Positions 28,816-39,413 of a DNA stretch of 63,506 nt are shown in pieces. A program made the position numbers and the translations under genes. The DNA is taken from contig UQQI01000002.1 of NCBI GenBank assembly GCA_900543055.1, positions 1 through 63,506 on the forward strand, written 5' to 3'. This stretch comes from an uncultured Mollicutes bacterium (GTDB lineage: Bacteria > Bacillota_I > Bacilli_A > RF39 > UBA660). Within the stretch, counting starts at the first letter, position 1. Each line of letters opens with the position of its first letter. The notes below the pieces were generated by a model, which was given only the letters and a program-made list of their open reading frames with translations, searched no databases and was not told the DNA's origin.

Positions 28816-31800
28816 TTAGTCAAGAGCTTTACCAAATTTATCATATATTTTATTTAATAAATTGACCAGATAATAAATAGGATGTTTTTCAAGTTTTATA
28901 GTATCTAAAATAATAATTAAATTACTTCCACGACTAACAAACCTAAACATTGTTGTAATATAAAATGCATCCATAAATATTTCTTCAGTATCAAGTTTTT
29001 CAACGACTTCTTTAGGAAATGTTATCTCTATAGAATTTCTAGTCTCCCTAACATGTTCAATATGTAATTTATTAGCCAACTTCTCAAACCATTCATTGTA
29101 CATATAAATAATAATTTCTTCTGATAATTTACCAAATCTATCTTCTAATTCATTCTTTACACTATCAAATGATTTCTCATCTTCTATAGTATTAATTAAC
29201 TTATGAATCTCAATTTTTAAATCATCCTCTGATACATAATCATCAGAAATATGTGTTGCTACATTAATAAGTGGCTTTTTATCGGCAATTTCATCTTCAA
29301 TAACAACTTCATTATTGCGTCGTTTAACTTCATCATTAAGCATCTTTAAATATAAGTCAAAACCAACACTATCAATAAATCCTGCTTGTTCACTTCCCAA
29401 TATGTCACCAGCCCCACGAATAGATAAATCACGTGTTGCAATAGAAAAACCACTACCAAGTTCAGTAAACTCTTTTATAACATTAAGTCTCTTAATTGCG
29501 GTTTCAGTAAGGGATTTAAAAGGTTGATACATTAAATATGCATAAGCAAATTTGTTAGAACGACCTACTCTTCCTCTTATCTGATATAACTGACTCAATC
29601 CAAATCTATCAGCATCCATTATAATTAATGTATTTACATTAGGTATATCAATACCAGTTTCTATTATAGTAGTACAAACTAAAATATCAAACTTATAATT
29701 AACAAAATCCATTATAGTATTTTCAAGTTCATTTTTATTCATTTGACCATGAGCAATACTAATTCTAGCATCTGGAACTAAATTTCTTATTCTATTACTA
29801 AATTCATCAATAGATTGAACCCTATTATACAATATAAAAACTTGACCATTTCGTGACAATTCTTTATAAATAGCATCTTTTAATATTTGTTTATTTTCTT
29901 CAACAACATAAGTTTGAACAGGATATCTATTTACTGGTGGAGTCTCTATTAAACTAAGACTTCTTATTCCAACTAATGACATCTGCAAAGTTCTAGGAAT
30001 AGGCGTCGCTGTAAGTGTTAAAACATCAACATTAGTTTTATACTGTTTAATTTTTTCTTTATGAGCAACTCCAAATCTTTGTTCCTCATCTATTACAAGT
30101 AACCCTAAATTTTTAGGAATAATATCATCACTTAAAAGTCTATGAGTACCAAATACCATATCAATAGTACCATCTTTAAGACCAGAAATAATTCTTTTTA
30201 CTTCTTTTGGAGAAGTAAATCTATTAAGTAATCCTATATTTACAGGAAAATTTCTAAATCTAACTTTAGCATTTTCATAATGCTGATTAGAAAGAATAGT
30301 AGTAGGACATAAAAATAAAACTTGCTTTGAATCTAAAATTGCTTTAAATGCTGCTACAAAAGCAACTTCAGTCTTACCAAAACCGACATCACCACATAAT
30401 AATCTATCCATTGGAGAAGGCTTTTCCATATCATCTTTAATTTGCTTAATAGCTCTAGATTGATCAGCAGTAAGTTCATACGGAAAATCATTCTCAAAAT
30501 CTTTTGACATATCACAATCAGGTGAAAAAGCAAATCCTTTTTGTGACTCTCTCTCTGCATACAATTTTATTAATTTATCAGCCATATCATTAACTCTAGA
30601 CTGAACTCTCTTCTTAGTCTTAATCCACTCAGTACCACCTAATTTATTTACTTTAGGAGTAATTCCTTCTCTTCCAGAATATTTACTTATTAAAGATATT
30701 TTTTCAACAGGAATATAAATTTTATCAGTACCAGCATATAAAAGTTCTAAATAATCTTTAGAAACATTATTATTTTCTAAAGTAACTATACCATTATAAA
30801 CACCAATTCCATGAACATTATGAACAACATAATCACCTACTTCTAATTTATTTATATCTTTAATAGGTGATGAATATTTAAACTTAGTATTATATTTTTT
30901 TGATGAACTCTTAGCATTAAATAACTCATTCGCAGTTAAATAAACTAAATTATCATACATAAACCCTTCACTAGCATCACAATCAATAAGATTAACACAA
31001 TTATTATGTACATCAGAAAAACTAGTTTCAAATAATTTCATATTCAAATGTTTAATAATATTTTTAATTTGAAATTTTTTCAAACAAATAAGAACTGTTT
31101 TAGAATGATTAATAGAATCATTTATAAATTTATTAATAGCTTCCTCATTTTCATTAAAATTATTAATAGTTCTAACAGAAAAGTCTTTAATATCAGAAAT
31201 ATATTCACTACTTATTAAGTTATTTAACGAGAAAAAGTATACAGGAAATTCATGAGTGCTAGAAATTTTATTAAAATCAAGCATATAGTCTTTTTCAAAA
31301 TTTTTATCTTTTTCTATTTTATATTCACTTACTTCATCCATTATATTAATATAACTTAACTTTAATTGCTCATAGTCTTTGAAAAATACAATTGAATTAT
31401 CTAAATAATTTGAAATAGATACAACGTTTTCATAATTTGGTAAATACTTTTGTTTACCTGCTTCATCATCGCTCACTTTATTTATAGTTAAAAATTCAGA
31501 AAAAGGTTTTATAAATATTTTTTCTACTGAAGAAATAGACTTTTGCGTATCAGGATCAAAACATCTAATTGACTCTATTTCATCATCAAAAAATTCAATT
31601 CTTAAAGGATACTCTTCATCAATAGGAAATATATCAATTACAAAACCTCTAACACCAAATTCCCCAGTCTTATTAACCAAAGTATCTCTAGAATAGCCTA
31701 ATGATACAAGTTTTTCTGTTAAAATAGCAGGTTCAATAATATCACCATTTTTTAATGAAAGAATACTGTTTTCATAAACTTTCTTTTCTGGTAAAAATCT

Positions 31801-32136
31801 TAAATATCCCATTAAATTTGTTATAACAATACATTTTTCACAAGAAATAATACTATTTATAGTCTCGAGACGATTAATCATTAAATCTGGAGAAATAGCA
31901 AGTGCTTCACTAGTTAAAAAATCATCCATTGGAAATAAAAACACATTATTAGTATAATTACTAAGTGAATTATATAATTTGTTAGCCTCAAATAAACTAT
32001 TTACAACGACTAAACAATTTTTATTTTCTCTAGAATAAATCTTGCTTAAAAGTAAACAAAAAAACTCATCGGTAACATTACATATACCCATGCTTTTTTT
32101 TACGTCAAAATTTAAATAATTATCAAAAAAATTCAT
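28816..32136 (-). CDS. mfd: Transcription-repair coupling factor Mfd
   Basis: 1106 aa. Has a CarD/TRCF domain (VGDYVVHNVHGIG), helicase motifs GDVGFGKTEVA and DEEQRFG, and a TRG-like region. Confidence 0.95.
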   Translation of the reverse strand: MNFFDNYLNFDVKKSMGICNVTDEFFCLLLSKIYSRENKNCLVVVNSLFEANKLYNSLSNYTNNVFLFPMDDFLTSEALAISPDLMINRLETINSIISCEKCIVITNLMGYLRFLPEKKVYENSILSLKNGDIIEPAILTEKLVSLGYSRDTLVNKTGEFGVRGFVIDIFPIDEEYPLRIEFFDDEIESIRCFDPDTQKSISSVEKIFIKPFSEFLTINKVSDDEAGKQKYLPNYENVVSISNYLDNSIVFFKDYEQLKLSYINIMDEVSEYKIEKDKNFEKDYMLDFNKISSTHEFPVYFFSLNNLISSEYISDIKDFSVRTINNFNENEEAINKFINDSINHSKTVLICLKKFQIKNIIKHLNMKLFETSFSDVHNNCVNLIDCDASEGFMYDNLVYLTANELFNAKSSSKKYNTKFKYSSPIKDINKLEVGDYVVHNVHGIGVYNGIVTLENNNVSKDYLELLYAGTDKIYIPVEKISLISKYSGREGITPKVNKLGGTEWIKTKKRVQSRVNDMADKLIKLYAERESQKGFAFSPDCDMSKDFENDFPYELTADQSRAIKQIKDDMEKPSPMDRLLCGDVGFGKTEVAFVAAFKAILDSKQVLFLCPTTILSNQHYENAKVRFRNFPVNIGLLNRFTSPKEVKRIISGLKDGTIDMVFGTHRLLSDDIIPKNLGLLVIDEEQRFGVAHKEKIKQYKTNVDVLTLTATPIPRTLQMSLVGIRSLSLIETPPVNRYPVQTYVVEENKQILKDAIYKELSRNGQVFILYNRVQSIDEFSNRIRNLVPDARISIAHGQMNKNELENTIMDFVNYKFDILVCTTIIETGIDIPNVNTLIIMDADRFGLSQLYQIRGRVGRSNKFAYAYLMYQPFKSLTETAIKRLNVIKEFTELGSGFSIATRDLSIRGAGDILGSEQAGFIDSVGFDLYLKMLNDEVKRRNNEVVIEDEIADKKPLINVATHISDDYVSEDDLKIEIHKLINTIEDEKSFDSVKNELEDRFGKLSEEIIIYMYNEWFEKLANKLHIEHVRETRNSIEITFPKEVVEKLDTEEIFMDAFYITTMFRFVSRGSNLIIILDTIKLEKHPIYYLVNLLNKIYDKFGKALD

Positions 32137-32140
32137 GCTA

Positions 32141-32710
32141 TCACCTATTCTTACGATTATACTTACTCATTAAATCACCAAATGGAAGTTCAAAATAATC
32201 ATCAAGAACATTAAACAATTCTTTATATAAACTTACAAAAATTGTCTTTTCTTCACTTGAAAATGAACCTAACACATAATCTTTAGTATCAACATTACTA
32301 TTCTTTGAAATACCTATCTTAAGTCGTTTATAATTAGAACTACCAAGTTTATTTTCAATATCTCTTAATCCATTATGACCACCACAAGAACCATTCGCCT
32401 TTAATTTAAAGTTACCAACTTTTAAATCTAAATCATCACTAACTACTAGAATATCTGCCATATCTATTTTAAAATAATCAACAATTTTTCTAACACTATT
32501 ACCAGACAAATTCATATATGTTTGTGGTTTTAAAAACAATACTTTTTCTTCATCTATATTTGTCTGTAAAAATAATCCATCAAATTTATTTGACCAAGAT
32601 ACAGTTATTTTTTTATATAATAAATAGCTATCTACAAATGAAAAACCTACATTATGTCTTGTATTTTCATATTCTTTTCCAGGATTACCTAACCCTACTA
32701 TTAACTTCAT
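32141..32710 (-). CDS. pth: Peptidyl-tRNA hydrolase
   Basis: MKLIVGLGNPG..Y..TRHNVGF and GGHNGLRDI motifs. Confidence 0.95.
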   Translation of the reverse strand: MKLIVGLGNPGKEYENTRHNVGFSFVDSYLLYKKITVSWSNKFDGLFLQTNIDEEKVLFLKPQTYMNLSGNSVRKIVDYFKIDMADILVVSDDLDLKVGNFKLKANGSCGGHNGLRDIENKLGSSNYKRLKIGISKNSNVDTKDYVLGSFSSEEKTIFVSLYKELFNVLDDYFELPFGDLMSKYNRKNR

Positions 32711-32714
32711 AAAA

Positions 32715-33554
32715 TCACTTCCTATTATGATATTCAGAATATATTACTGACTTAGCAACATCTCTTTCTTTTGCAACTATCTTAATTGCATCTTTCTCAC
32801 TCATACCATCATCTACATATAATTTAACATGTTCAAAAACATCCAAATCACTAAAGTCTTGTACATCTTTGTTACCTTCAACAACTATCACAAACTCACC
32901 TTTCATTGAATCAACTAAAGGAATAAGTTCACTAATTCTCCCACGAGTTATTTCTTCATGAATCTTAGATAATTCTCTACATATGGCTATGTTTCTATCT
33001 CCAAAAATATTTAACATATTTTCTAATGTCTTTTTTAATCTATGTATTGATTCATAAAAAATTATTGTATAACTTAAAGTTTTAAGACTTTTTAATTCAT
33101 TAACTTGTTTTGAACTCTTAGCATTTAAAAAACCATAAAATAAAAATGGTGAAGGTTCAATGCCAGATGAAGAAATTGCCGGAACAAAAGCTGTTGCTCC
33201 AGGTAAACTAATTACATTAAAGCCAGCATTAATAACTCCTCTTGCAACTATATATCCAGGATCACTAATTATAGGAGAACCTTGATCTGTAACAAGTCCT
33301 AAGTTATAACCAGCTTGAAGTTTAGAAATAACATAGTCAATCATTTTATCTTCATTATATTCATGACAACTAACTAATCTTTTCTTTATATTATAATTTT
33401 TTAATAAAATACCCGTATCACGAGTATCTTCACAAAGAATTTCATCAACACTTTCTAAAGTTTTCAAAGCTCTCACTGTTATATCATCGAGATTTCCAAT
33501 GGGAGTTGGAATTAAATAAAGACTTGCACTATCATCATAACTTTTCTGTATCAT
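32715..33554 (-). CDS. rsmI: 16S rRNA (cytidine1402-2'-O)-methyltransferase RsmI (YabC)
   Basis: LYLIPTPIGNLDDITVRAL...ILCEDTR. Tetrapyrrole-methylase-like fold and synteny. Confidence 0.88.
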   Translation of the reverse strand: MIQKSYDDSASLYLIPTPIGNLDDITVRALKTLESVDEILCEDTRDTGILLKNYNIKKRLVSCHEYNEDKMIDYVISKLQAGYNLGLVTDQGSPIISDPGYIVARGVINAGFNVISLPGATAFVPAISSSGIEPSPFLFYGFLNAKSSKQVNELKSLKTLSYTIIFYESIHRLKKTLENMLNIFGDRNIAICRELSKIHEEITRGRISELIPLVDSMKGEFVIVVEGNKDVQDFSDLDVFEHVKLYVDDGMSEKDAIKIVAKERDVAKSVIYSEYHNRK

Positions 33555-34278
33555 TATTTATTACCTCCTGTAATTTTTTATATTCTTCTGTATCATTACC
33601 TTCCAAATCATGAAGAATTAGAGGTTTATCAACAATAAGACCACACTTTCCAGCCTTTTGTCCCTCAATCAATACGAGAGTAGAATTAGAATCAATATTA
33701 TTATATATAAATTTAATTTTCTTTGGTTCTATATTATTTTCCTTAAAACAATCAATTATCTCAATCAATCTATCACTTCTATGAACCATACAAAATGTAC
33801 CATTATCCTTTAATACTCTTTTAGCACAATCAACTACTCCATTTAAATCAATTAATACTTCATGTCTCGCTACCATTTTCTCATAGTTTAAATTCTTAAT
33901 ACTTTTTTCTTCATTTTTAAAATAAGGTGGATTACATAAAACCAAGTCAAACGAATTACAATTATTAATAGAAAAATCTTTTATATCAGAATTAACAATT
34001 TCAATATAATCACTTAATTTATTTTGATTAATGCTCTTTTTTGCTAAATCACATAACTTTTTCTGTATTTCTACCCCAATTATTCGACTTTTAGTTCTTC
34101 TAGACATAATTAATGGTACAATAGCATTCCCTGTACAAAAATCAACTATTTTTTTATCTCTTAGACGAATTGTAGAGAAATTGGCTAAAATTATACTATC
34201 TAATGAAAAAGAAAAAAAATCAGTATTCTGATAAATTTTCATATTTTTATATCCTAAAACATCATTTATCATTTCCAT
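33535..34278 (-). CDS. SAM-dependent methyltransferase, YabB/TrmN6-like (NPPY motif)
   Basis: DFCTGNA and LVLCNPPYF motifs. Located between ricT and rsmI, where B. subtilis has yabB. Confidence 0.7.
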   Translation of the reverse strand: MEMINDVLGYKNMKIYQNTDFFSFSLDSIILANFSTIRLRDKKIVDFCTGNAIVPLIMSRRTKSRIIGVEIQKKLCDLAKKSINQNKLSDYIEIVNSDIKDFSINNCNSFDLVLCNPPYFKNEEKSIKNLNYEKMVARHEVLIDLNGVVDCAKRVLKDNGTFCMVHRSDRLIEIIDCFKENNIEPKKIKFIYNNIDSNSTLVLIEGQKAGKCGLIVDKPLILHDLEGNDTEEYKKLQEVINNDTEKL

Positions 34279-35068
34279 CTTTATTATTATCTCCAGCTAT
34301 TTTTATTATTCCTTTTTCTTTTAAATCAACAGAATATGTATTATTAAAAATATCAATTGAAACAACCTTACCTGTCCCTTGAGGGGTTTCTACATTATGT
34401 CCAACTTTTGGTAAATTTTTCTTTAAATCTGTATAAATATCATTTTCATAAGCAAGACAGCATAACAATCTACCACAAATACCATTTATTTTACTAGGAT
34501 TTAAAGCAAGCATTTGATTTTTTGCCATATTAATTGAAACACTATTAAAATCAGTTAAAAATGAATTACAACAAAGCATCAAACCACAAGGACCGATTCC
34601 ACCAATTTTTTTTGACTTATCTCTTACACCAATCTGTCTAAGTTCTATTCTAGTTTTATATTTTTGAGCTAATTTTTTAGCTAATTCTCTAAAATCAACT
34701 CTATTATCAGATAAAAAAGATAAAATAAGTTGAGAATTATCAAAATTCATATAAGAATAAATAAAATTCATATCAAGGTCTAAATCCCGACTAATTTTTT
34801 TGGCATCTCTTAAAGACTTTTCAGAAATAATACGATTTTTTTCAATTTTCTTTTTATCTTCATCTTCTACAATTCTACTTACATTAAACAAAGGTAATAC
34901 CAAATTTTCTTCTTTTTCCTCATATTTTTCTTTTAAGATACACCCTGAAAAGAGACCATTATCTGTCTCAAAAATGATATTGTCACCAATATTTAATTCT
35001 AATGAATTAGGAGACAAATAATAAACAATTTTAGTTTCTGGAACAATTGCAACAACTACTTCTACCAT
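34262..35068 (-). CDS. ricT: PSP1-domain protein RicT/YaaT (stage 0 sporulation protein)
   Basis: Has the PSP1 C-terminal Cys cluster (GPCGLMLCCNSFL, CGRLLCCLAYE). Located directly downstream of holB. Confidence 0.85.
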   Translation of the reverse strand: MVEVVVAIVPETKIVYYLSPNSLELNIGDNIIFETDNGLFSGCILKEKYEEKEENLVLPLFNVSRIVEDEDKKKIEKNRIISEKSLRDAKKISRDLDLDMNFIYSYMNFDNSQLILSFLSDNRVDFRELAKKLAQKYKTRIELRQIGVRDKSKKIGGIGPCGLMLCCNSFLTDFNSVSINMAKNQMLALNPSKINGICGRLLCCLAYENDIYTDLKKNLPKVGHNVETPQGTGKVVSIDIFNNTYSVDLKEKGIIKIAGDNNKDGNDK

Positions 35069-35070
35069 AT

Positions 35071-35913
35071 CTAACCTCCAATTAGCCTACAAAACAAACC
35101 ATCTAACCATAATTTATAATTAACATTAAAAGAAAGTTTTTGTATTTCTTCTTCAATTACAGAAATAATATATATTAATTTTTTTTCAGACTTATTTTTA
35201 AATAAATATTTCAAGTCTTCATTAAAATTGACATTAAGTGATAAAGAATTCAAATAATTTATTATTATATTTTCTGAATCAATTAACATCTCTTTAGCAA
35301 TATTTTTATCTGGAATAACATTATTAAATATATTCTTATAATTAATAAAAAAATTATCAGGATTTAAAACACAGTCTAAAAAATCTGCAAATTCATCACT
35401 ATAAGAAAACTTAAATTCATTTTCTTTTAAAGATAAAATCTGACACCTAGATAAAATCGTATCTAAAACATGATACCTATTATCAGTTAATAATATAGCA
35501 ATTATTCCATCCTCAGGTTCTTCCAAAAATTTTAATATTGTATTAGCTGACGATGCATTTAATTTTTCTGTTTCTTTTATTATATAAAATCTTTTATCAC
35601 TATATAATGACTTATTACTATATTCCTTTTGTAAATCAATCATCTGACTCTTCTTTATTATACTAGTATCACTAGAAATAATTCTAATATCAGGATAATT
35701 ATTATTATCAATCAAATTTATAATTTTATTAGAAGTATTTTGCAGCTCACCATAAGATAAATTACATATTATCATTTTGATAAAATCAAGAACATATACT
35801 AAATCTTGATCGTAATTATCAACTTCAATTAAATAAGCATGAGATACCTTTTTATTTTTTATAATTTCATCAATATATTGAAGATAATTTTTTTTAATTA
35901 ATGACTCTGACAT
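35071..35913 (-). CDS. holB: DNA polymerase III subunit delta'
   Basis: AAA+-like with SHAYL, LKFLEEP and SRCQ motifs. 280 aa. Sits in holB-ricT synteny. Confidence 0.8.
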   Translation of the reverse strand: MSESLIKKNYLQYIDEIIKNKKVSHAYLIEVDNYDQDLVYVLDFIKMIICNLSYGELQNTSNKIINLIDNNNYPDIRIISSDTSIIKKSQMIDLQKEYSNKSLYSDKRFYIIKETEKLNASSANTILKFLEEPEDGIIAILLTDNRYHVLDTILSRCQILSLKENEFKFSYSDEFADFLDCVLNPDNFFINYKNIFNNVIPDKNIAKEMLIDSENIIINYLNSLSLNVNFNEDLKYLFKNKSEKKLIYIISVIEEEIQKLSFNVNYKLWLDGLFCRLIGG

Positions 35914-35922
35914 AGATACCTC

Positions 35923-36120
35923 CTAAATAAACAATTTAAATAAAACAATAAAAATAACCCCTAAAGTTCCAAAAATACTTATAAATAATATATTAATAAG
36001 ATTAATAGGAATAAAGACATTAAATTTCATTCCAATACAGTTAAAACTATATATAAACAATGAAGTAACAATTAATTTAAATGTAATTTTCTTTAACAAT
36101 CGAAATATATTAATCACCAT
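35923..36120 (-). CDS. bofA: BofA-family small membrane protein (pro-sigma-K processing inhibitor-like)
   Basis: FIPINLINILFISIFGTLGVIFIVLFKLFI resembles the B. subtilis BofA C-terminus (VPINLVTTAISGILGIPG...). Located after recR. Confidence 0.6.
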   Translation of the reverse strand: MVINIFRLLKKITFKLIVTSLFIYSFNCIGMKFNVFIPINLINILFISIFGTLGVIFIVLFKLFI

Positions 36121-36145
36121 TATAAATTATGATATTAAAATAAAT

Positions 36146-36742
36146 TTATTCAATTATTTTTCTATCATTTAAGGCTCTTTCTAAAGTAAGACTGTCTACA
36201 TATTCAATATCTGCACCTATAGGTACTCCACTAGCTAATCTTGTAACTTTAATATTAAGCCCATCCAAAACTTTTTTTATATACAATGACGTTGTTTCTC
36301 CTTCAATACTAGGCTTAAAAGCAAATATAATCTCTTTAAATTTTTCTTTTTCAATCCTATTTAAAAGTTTATCAATTCCTATATCTTCTGGATTAATACC
36401 ATCAAGTGGAGAAATCAATCCATCAAGGACATGATACTTTCCATTAAACATACCTAACTTTTCAAATAAGAAAACACTTTTACAATCATCAACAACACAT
36501 AACACATTATTATCACGTGTATCATCAGAACATATATAACAAAGCTCATTTTCTGTTAAAGTATTACAATTTTCACATTTATGAATATTATTTTTTACAT
36601 CATTCAAACACTCAGAAAATAACTCTACTTGCTCTTCTTCTAAATCCAACACAGAAAAGGCCAATCTCTCAGCCGTTTTCTCACCAATACCAGGCAAATA
36701 TTTAAAAGATTCTATTAAACTTTTAATACTTTCTGGATACAT
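36146..36742 (-). CDS. recR: Recombination protein RecR
   Basis: LPGIGEKTAERLAF helix-hairpin-helix motif, a C4 zinc finger (CENCNT...CYIC) and a Toprim domain. Confidence 0.95.
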   Translation of the reverse strand: MYPESIKSLIESFKYLPGIGEKTAERLAFSVLDLEEEQVELFSECLNDVKNNIHKCENCNTLTENELCYICSDDTRDNNVLCVVDDCKSVFLFEKLGMFNGKYHVLDGLISPLDGINPEDIGIDKLLNRIEKEKFKEIIFAFKPSIEGETTSLYIKKVLDGLNIKVTRLASGVPIGADIEYVDSLTLERALNDRKIIE

Positions 36743-36750
36743 ATTAACTC

Positions 36751-37047
36751 CTAAAATAAACCTGGAATGTTACCAAATTTACCCATCTTTGATTCAGTCA
36801 TTTTATCTATTTTTTTATTAGCATCATTAATTGCTAAAACTAAACTATCTTGCAACATTTCAATATCATCTTTATCTAATGAATCTTCAAAATCAATTTC
36901 AACTTTAACTGCTTCTCTTGTACCCTTCATAGTTACTTTAACCATTGAACTTTCTCCAACAAATTCAGTTTCATCTATTTCATTCTTAATTTTCATCATA
37001 TCTTTTTGTAAAGCTTGTGCTTGCTTTAACATTGCTTGCATATTCAT
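36751..37047 (-). CDS. ybaB: Nucleoid-associated protein YbaB/EbfC
   Basis: 98 aa starting MLKQAQALQKDMMK and ending ...PGLF. Located between dnaX and recR. Confidence 0.9.
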   Translation of the reverse strand: MNMQAMLKQAQALQKDMMKIKNEIDETEFVGESSMVKVTMKGTREAVKVEIDFEDSLDKDDIEMLQDSLVLAINDANKKIDKMTESKMGKFGNIPGLF

Positions 37048-37065
37048 ATATTCATTTCTCCTTTT

Positions 37066-38820
37066 CTAATCAATTTCTACAATATCGCCAAATAGGCTTA
37101 CTGCACTACTTGTTATTATATCATCATTTTTTAATTCTTCATAGACTGCTCTTGGTTCTTCCTCAACCTCATATTTTATTCCGTTTCTTAAATCATTAAT
37201 ATATTCTTGTTTAACTTTCTCCCAATAATCATCAGAAATAATAGCAATTTTCTTATTTGAATTAGTAATTTTATTATATACATCCTCTATTTTATCAATT
37301 ATGTATAAATTTTGTTTAACGTTAGAGTCATATTCATAACTAATTATTATCGCATCTGAACTAACTGCTCTTAATTTTCCGTCTAAAATACCACAAATAA
37401 TATATCCAATTTCTTGATCAAAACTATAATCTCTTAAAACCTCAAAATTATTCATTTCTAATCTTAATAAATTTTTATTAGCAAGTGCTAATGTATTATT
37501 AACTCTTATTTTCATTATGGCATCAATATTTATAATTTTAGGATTTTTATTATCAAAATTTTCTTCTGTTATTTCTTCTTTGTTGTAACTTATTTCAATA
37601 TTGCTATCTTTCATAGAATTTTTTTCTTCAACAGCATCATTATTACCATCCTTATTATTTTCTACTACATTATCGTTATTAATTTTTTCTTCATTAACTG
37701 TAACTTCATTATTATTTGTTACAGAAACATTCTTATTTATCTCTTTTACATAATTATTCTTTTCCACAATTTTTGTTTTTAAATTAACATAATCATTTAT
37801 AAATTTAAGCAAGAGCATTTCAATATATATTTTAGTATTACCACTTTTCTTTATATCAAACATCTTTTCATTCAAAATATTTACGAAATTTTGCACAACA
37901 TCTATGGAAAAATTATATTCTTTATTTGAGATATAATAATTAACCACAATATCTCTTGAAAAATTAATTAATTGAGACATAATTTGAATTAAATTTTTAC
38001 CTGAATCATTAAATTTAGCTATTGAGGTTAAAACATTAGGTATATTTCCAGATAAAATATCTGAAAGAAAAACATCCATATCATTACTAGATATTACACC
38101 ATTAACTTCATTAAAATCATCTATGGTAATTTTATTTTCTGTATAAGAAACGAGTTTATCTAAAGAACCCAATGCATCCCTTAATCCTCCATCAGATAAT
38201 AGAGCAATATTTTCTAAAACATCTTCTTCTACATCAATATCTTCACTAGAACAAACATACTTTAATCTATCAACAATAGCTTTGTCTGATATTCTTTTAA
38301 AAGAAAAACATTGACATCTAGATATAATTGTTTCTGGTACTTTTTGAGGATCAGTTGTTGCTAAAATAAAAATAGCATGTTCTGGTGGTTCTTCAAGTGT
38401 CTTTAATAAAGCATTAAATGCACCTATAGAAAGCATATGAACTTCATCAATTATATAAACTTTATATTTCAATTCACTAGGAACTAATGAAATTTTATTT
38501 TTTAATTCTCTAATTTCATCAACTCCATTATTAGAAGCAGCGTCTATTTCTATAATGTCAACACAATCTTTTGAAAAAGAAACTTTACATGCAGAGCATT
38601 CTTCACATGCAATACCATCATTTGAATTCAAACAATTAATATTTCTTGCAAATATCTTAGAAACAGTTGTCTTTCCTGTACCTCTAGGCCCAAAAAACAT
38701 ATAAGCATGTGAAAAATTATGATTTTTTATTGAATTTTTTAAAGTTTTAATTATAGAATCTTGACCAACTACAGAATTAAAATCAACTGGTCTATATTTT
38801 CTATATAAAGCATGATACAT
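37066..38820 (-). CDS. dnaX: DNA polymerase III subunits gamma/tau
   Basis: ATG at 38820 after GGAGG. YRKYRP, GPRGTGKTT, a zinc module (CLNS..CEECSAC) and SRCQ are present. The C-terminal half contains an Asn/Glu-rich insert. Confidence 0.93.
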   Translation of the reverse strand: MYHALYRKYRPVDFNSVVGQDSIIKTLKNSIKNHNFSHAYMFFGPRGTGKTTVSKIFARNINCLNSNDGIACEECSACKVSFSKDCVDIIEIDAASNNGVDEIRELKNKISLVPSELKYKVYIIDEVHMLSIGAFNALLKTLEEPPEHAIFILATTDPQKVPETIISRCQCFSFKRISDKAIVDRLKYVCSSEDIDVEEDVLENIALLSDGGLRDALGSLDKLVSYTENKITIDDFNEVNGVISSNDMDVFLSDILSGNIPNVLTSIAKFNDSGKNLIQIMSQLINFSRDIVVNYYISNKEYNFSIDVVQNFVNILNEKMFDIKKSGNTKIYIEMLLLKFINDYVNLKTKIVEKNNYVKEINKNVSVTNNNEVTVNEEKINNDNVVENNKDGNNDAVEEKNSMKDSNIEISYNKEEITEENFDNKNPKIINIDAIMKIRVNNTLALANKNLLRLEMNNFEVLRDYSFDQEIGYIICGILDGKLRAVSSDAIIISYEYDSNVKQNLYIIDKIEDVYNKITNSNKKIAIISDDYWEKVKQEYINDLRNGIKYEVEEEPRAVYEELKNDDIITSSAVSLFGDIVEID

Positions 38821-38873
38821 AAAGATTCCTCCAATCAAGTAGTATTATAACATAAAAAAAAGCAAAGATTTCA

Positions 38874-39320
38874 TTATTTTCTTTGCTTTTTAAAAAAATC
38901 ACTTAAAATTTTCTTAGTTTTTTCAACATCCAAATTTGTTATAAAATTTACCTCTGAATTTGTGGAATCTTTTTTAAAAATTGAATTTAAAATATCAAAA
39001 TTTTTCGTATATGAATTTTCACATGCAGAAAAAACATTTTTTATTCTTGCTTGCTTTATAGCACTAGCACACATTGGACAAGGATCTAATGTGACATATA
39101 TATCACAATTATCTAATCTCCAATTATTTAATTTTTTAGATGCCTGGTTTATAGCAATCAATTCAGCATGAGCTAAAACTGATTGTTTTTCTTCCTTTAC
39201 ATTATATCCAATACCTATTATTTCATTATTTTTAACAATAACTGCTCCTATTGGTACTTCTCCATGTACAAAAGCTTTTTTAGCATATTCAAAAGCTAAA
39301 TTTAAATATTTCAAATTCAT
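38874..39320 (-). CDS. tadA: tRNA-specific adenosine deaminase
   Basis: HAELIAI and PCPMCASAI deaminase zinc motifs. 148 aa. Confidence 0.92.
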   Translation of the reverse strand: MNLKYLNLAFEYAKKAFVHGEVPIGAVIVKNNEIIGIGYNVKEEKQSVLAHAELIAINQASKKLNNWRLDNCDIYVTLDPCPMCASAIKQARIKNVFSACENSYTKNFDILNSIFKKDSTNSEVNFITNLDVEKTKKILSDFFKKQRK

Positions 39321-39340
39321 TTAATTCCTCCAAAATAAAA

Positions 39341-39413
39341 AGTGCACATGAAAGGAGGATCTTAAGGCTGCTATTTTCCAATCCTGACCTATTTCAATCA
39401 CTTTCATTGCACG
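39341..39413 (-). ncRNA. ffs: Signal recognition particle RNA, minimal 4.5S-like form
   Basis: The minus strand reads GUGCAAUGAAAG...AGGUCAGGAUUGGAAAAUAGCAGCC...CUUUCAUGUGCAC. It has the conserved helix 8 motifs (GGUCAGG, GGAA tetraloop, AGCAGCC) and a closing stem with one bulge. A U-run follows, and a TATAAT lies about 8-10 nt upstream (39424-39429). Confidence 0.75.
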
